Origin: Fimbriosthenelais zetlandica
Taxonomy: Eukaryota
DNA length: 64,000 nucleotides
Direction: 5' to 3'
Assembly (NCBI GenBank): GCA_977030845.1
Contig: OZ365115.1
Coordinates: 310,001-374,000, forward strand
Shown: in pieces, positions 59,518-64,000 of the stretch
Numbering within the stretch: position 1 is the first letter of the stretch
Layout: each line of letters opens with the position of its first letter
Position numbers and translations under genes: made by a program
Notes under the pieces: generated by a model
Databases searched by the model: none
What the model saw: the letters and a program-made list of their open reading frames with translations, nothing else
What the model was told of the DNA's origin: nothing

Positions 59518-60702
59518 CTGAAAGTAAAAAAAAGACAATTTAGTCAAAAATTACAACTAAACATGGTGAAAAAACATATGATAATGAGGTATGGGGACTG
59601 AGCCCTGCTGGTGGGAGCTGCTCCTCATTCTGGGAGCAACCAGGTGGACAGACCTCGAGCTGCTCCACACATTGTCACGCCTCTCACCTCACGGTGTTAG
59701 GTGTGGTGTAGAACACCTGGACTTAAAGAGAACTGCTACACTGAGGGCAACATAGGCTTATACTTAGAATAAGACCCAAATGAAAATCACATAATGATGC
59801 CTTGATATGGTTTGCAGCCTTACACCAACTCAATTCTAACTCAAAAAAATAAGAGAAAATCGAAGAACAATGTTTCTTTCTGTATGTCCAGTGATCCCTG
59901 GATCCAACATTACTCTCTCCCTCCCAATCCCCCTCTCCCCTATCCCCCATCGCCCATCATCCCCCTTCCCCCATCCCCTCCCCCATCCCCCTCCCCCTCC
60001 CCTACTCCACCGCTAACACAGTAACATCTTATTTCAGTAAACATAAAATCGACCCCGAGTCTCAAGGCCGCCGGGAGGAGGGAGTGACATATAATAGCCA
60101 TGTAAATATATATAAACCTCCACACTTAATGTAGACCCATTACACCCGCCATTACACCTCCCATTACACCACTACACCAACCTACACTCAAACTTAAACT
60201 AATTATAACACGTGTAATGGGCCTTTATCTCAGACCATGCTGTATTAAGTGGACCCGGGGGAGGAGGGAGGTAGAGGGAACAGCTGAATAATACATCCCC
60301 CGCTGGACGCGCGCTTTTAACAGTGAATGTCCATGAGGTAAGATGGTCCGGCTACCAGCTGATGATGGTCCGGCTACCAGCTGATCATCTCCCTCAGCCC
60401 AGCCAAGACCCAGCCCAGGTCCAGCCCACCCCAGCCACAGCTGATGACGGGATGTTATCGTCCATTATTGATCATTTACATCCAAACTAAAGTCGCTTAG
60501 TAATTTATGACGATGTAAGGGGCCCTGCTCTCTCCCACATATATAATAAAAAATAGACCAGGTACAAAAAAGGGACCAAAACCGGGCAGAAAACCACTTA
60601 GAGAAGAGAACTTCTCAAAGTAATTGACAAAAGGTCTGCTCTTCATCTGGAGTAGGTTATGTAATAGCAGTATCATTTCAGGTCTAATAGTGTAGGCACA
60701 AA

Positions 60703-60818
60703 GTAGCTCCTGACTTGAGACAAGATTCAAATCAGGAGCCATCAGGTCTTATAGTGTACAGTAGCTCCTGACTACAGACAAGATTCAAATCAGCAGCCAT
60801 CAGGTCTTATAGTGTACA
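60703..60818 (+). repeat. 58-bp minisatellite family, 2 copies
   Basis: Same unit as at 33725. Confidence 0.88.
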
Positions 60819-60930
60819 CCAGTCTTTTCTCAGCTACATTGTTTGACTTTAAGAATGACTGATCTGTGAGTAAGACTTTAAGAGATCCTCATCTCTGAGT
60901 GTAAGATTCAACCGCCGCCATGTTTACCAT

Positions 60931-61103
60931 CTCTCGTGAGATCTCGTGAGAGGTGAGATCTCATGAGAGGTGAGATCTCGTGAGAGGTGAGATCTCGTGA
61001 GAGGTGAGATCTCGTGAGAGGTGAGATCTCGTGAGAGGTGAGATCTCGTGAGAGGTGAGATCTCGTGAGAGGTGAGATCTCGTGAGAGGTGAGATCTCGT
61101 GAG
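60931..61103. repeat. 17-bp palindromic tandem repeat, about 10 copies (TCTCGTGAGA-containing)
   Basis: gagatctcgtgagaggt. Confidence 0.95.
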
Positions 61104-61304
61104 ATGTAAGGTGAGTAACCATGGTGAGTTACCATAGAGAGTTACCATGGAGACCGCCTCACCTGACACTGTGACTGGGTATAATTGGTAGGTCAATAAT
61201 GGGAGGAAATATTGGAGGAAATCTCAGGTAAATATGACATATAGGTCGAGGAGGGGCGAGGAGGTGGAGTGGTGGGGGGGGGGGGAGGATGGGGGGATGT
61301 GAGG

Positions 61305-61361
<57 letters not shown>

Positions 61362-64000
61362 CGATTAGGTTACCTGGTCACATATTACGTGCAGTTTGCT
61401 CCTTTAAGATAAAGCAGCTTGGTTGTGGATTACACTTGGGACAAAACTGATAACTGCCTGTACAAGCAACATAACATGTGGAAGAAAAGTATTTGAAGAA
61501 GAGCAGGCCTTAGAACCTGTAGTGTGTTTCCTGCCTAATGCGATATGACGCCGGCTAAAATGTTAAATCATTATCTAAATAACATGAGTGTATACAAGGT
61601 TTAGGGTTAGAGCGAGGGTGTAGAGGGCCCGGGCCTGGCGGGGTGAGGGTGGAGGGGTGAGGGGTGAGGGGTTTATAGCATTGCATGCTGACTGATTGGT
61701 AGGGGAGGGAGGGTGTCGGGGGGTAGGGGGCTGATGTGGAGGGGGCGTGGCACATTAATCTGCTAATTTCCACCTTCACCAGCGTCCTAACATGGCAGAG
61801 TGAGGGAGGAATGTAGGAGCTCATGTAGAATGTAGGAGGCAGGTACAAGTGAGGCATTGTGCGGCATACCAGCACAGACAGGGGTACAATACTGGCTCTA
61901 TCTCACTATACCTGCCTCTCATACACCTCTCTACCTCCCCCCCCCCCTCCTCCCTCTCACACTCATACCTCTCTACATCTCTACCTCCTCCCCCTCCCCG
62001 ATCCCCCATCCCCCACCCCCCTCACCCCCCTTCCCCACCACACCTGGGCAGGGCCTGGGATTCCATGTATAGGATCTGGGATTTTCTGGAACCATAGAAA
62101 CTTGACAGAATGAAGGCTCAACACCTGGCCGTGCGTCCTGGGTGTAGGTCTCATCATTACATATTAAATAGTCACACGTCTAACTATTGATATCAGGGTG
62201 ACAGTTTTACATGATGTAGCAATGGTCAAAACGTTACCAACATGTAACTTAGTAATCACATAATATATATGAGATTGTCAATTGACGTTTACTGAGGTTG
62301 TGGCTTTATTGAGATAGTCGTAGACAGGTGGTGGGTTTAGTAAGGCAATCATTAAATAAGACTGCCACTTTCATGGACAAAATCATAGTTTGCATGTATA
62401 TCCCACCTTTTTCCACCCCCTCCCACCTGTCATGGTCATGCTTACTTAGTATATATCCTGGCAGCAGCCCCCCCCTGCACCCCCCCCTGACCCGCCCCCC
62501 CCTCCTGTAAGTGGTTTGTTCAGCGAGGCGTTAAACCAACTCGTCAAATATCAGGTCATGACCTCTCAACCACCGTCTACTCTGTTATTTTCATAATCAA
62601 AATAGAAGCAACTCTTAAAAAAGTCACACGCTAGTCAGCAGGGTGTATGGCTAGTCAGGGGTGTTCCCACTAGGCCAGTTACCACTAGGCCGTTATGTGG
62701 CTAGTGAGGAGGTTACCACTAGGCCGTTATGCGATCACAGGAGAGCAGAAGTTGGTTATAGATGGTCTCTTATCATGATAGTGAAGATGGTATCACCTGA
62801 AGTTCACCTGATCGCCTTTAGATCAGTTATGGTTTATTGCCTTTACACAAGCATTAAGCAGTCGCAAGCAATCCCAGGACCTGCCCATCAATTGGAAGCA
62901 ATCTTTTGCCTCTTGTGACTCTATGGATGAGCCATATTAGTTGCTGATGCCTTTAAGCTTATGACGACTTCCACGACAAGCTTTACTGCTACAGGAGTCT
63001 GTTTGTGTTTGGATGTCTGTCTGTGTGTCTGTGTGTTTGTCTCGGTAGAGAGAATACAGCCTCTGTGTTTCAATGTTGTTGTGGATCTTGTGATCCTGTC
63101 ATTACGTTTTTTGTCATTCTTCAGTCGAGGTTGTGAGCACAGAGCGCAGTAAATGGTTACATCCTCATAGAGTTACTGTGGTTAAAATCGTTACAACAAG
63201 AGCTCTACATTCCTCCCACTCTCTCTCCCTCTCCCTTTCTCTCATTCTAATCTTATTCTCTACACTGATTTTCACGTCAAGCCTCGTGGACTCTTCTAGA
63301 ATCATTATCTCTCTAATCGCCATGACAACTTAAAGTGACTCAGTCACTGTTTTACATGATCCACGGAGACAGATCTTTTGTTCCATGGCTTTGGATTGGT
63401 GCATGGAAGTGACCAGGAGACATCAAGATCAGCGCTAGAGCACCTTTAACTGACTCTCTTCTCTCTCTCTCTGACTCTCTCTCTCTCTCTACTAGAGACT
63501 GAGTTAAGTTGCCCATTTTACTGATCTTTGTTGTTCATAAATTAGTTGTAATAGACTGAAATTGGATAATTATCTTATACTAGAACGGGGGGGATGAGAG
63601 GGGTGGGGGATGACTGTGGGCGGGGGAAGAAGGGGGAGATAATGGTCTGTAGGAATGTCTGTATAAGATAATACCTGTATATAAGTGACTATAAGATAAT
63701 ACTGTATATAAGTGTATGTAAATGAGCGGTTATTGACTTAATGGCAGTGAGTGGCAGCCCGCCAGGTGGCGGAGTAACGGGCTAATAAAACAGACGTGAA
63801 AAAAGACAAGTAGGTAAAGTATAGAATCATCTACTGCGAAAATCAGTAGAGTTATCGTAGTCACTCGCAATTAAAGTGAAGGTAGTGAGGTGAAGGACGG
63901 TGGTAGACAAGGGATGGTTTACAACTAAACACAGCAAACCATGGTGAGAATCATGGATCACACATGGATCACCAACATAGAGGATCACCGCCAGACCAGG

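Noticed and set aside
61374-61457. Minus-strand segment as the missing upstream exon of the FN3 gene
   Set aside because: It is well bounded and phase 1, but the only long frame has a TGA just before the donor; at most a UTR exon.

Overview
Eukaryotic (probably molluscan or other lophotrochozoan) genomic DNA, very rich in minisatellites, with three assembly gaps. Two genes are well supported. (1) An intronless 541-aa rhodopsin-type neuropeptide GPCR of the vasopressin/GnRH/CCAP/NPS receptor superfamily lies on + (3968-5593), with a Cys/His hexapeptide repeat in its C-tail. (2) A minus-strand gene has 11 phase-consistent coding exons that I assembled by hand (59517 down to 41183, about 632 aa, 5' end not found). 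It encodes four FN3 domains resembling DCC/neogenin FN3-FN6, a low-complexity linker and a terminal FN3 domain, with no transmembrane helix (FNDC1-like layout). The rest is tandem repeats, a PIF/Harbinger-type MITE family, a MetaSINE-like fragment, poly(A)-tailed retroposon 3' ends, dispersed 58-bp and 321-bp repeats, and orphan exon-like segments at 10-37 kb. The most notable observations are an indel-free 48-copy 29-bp array in which every unit carries a CTCF-type core motif, repeated copies ('echoes') of splice junctions and start/stop contexts beside exons, and a 27-unit uORF-encoding array next to the GPCR start codon. No databases or tools were used, so family names come from recalled motifs.
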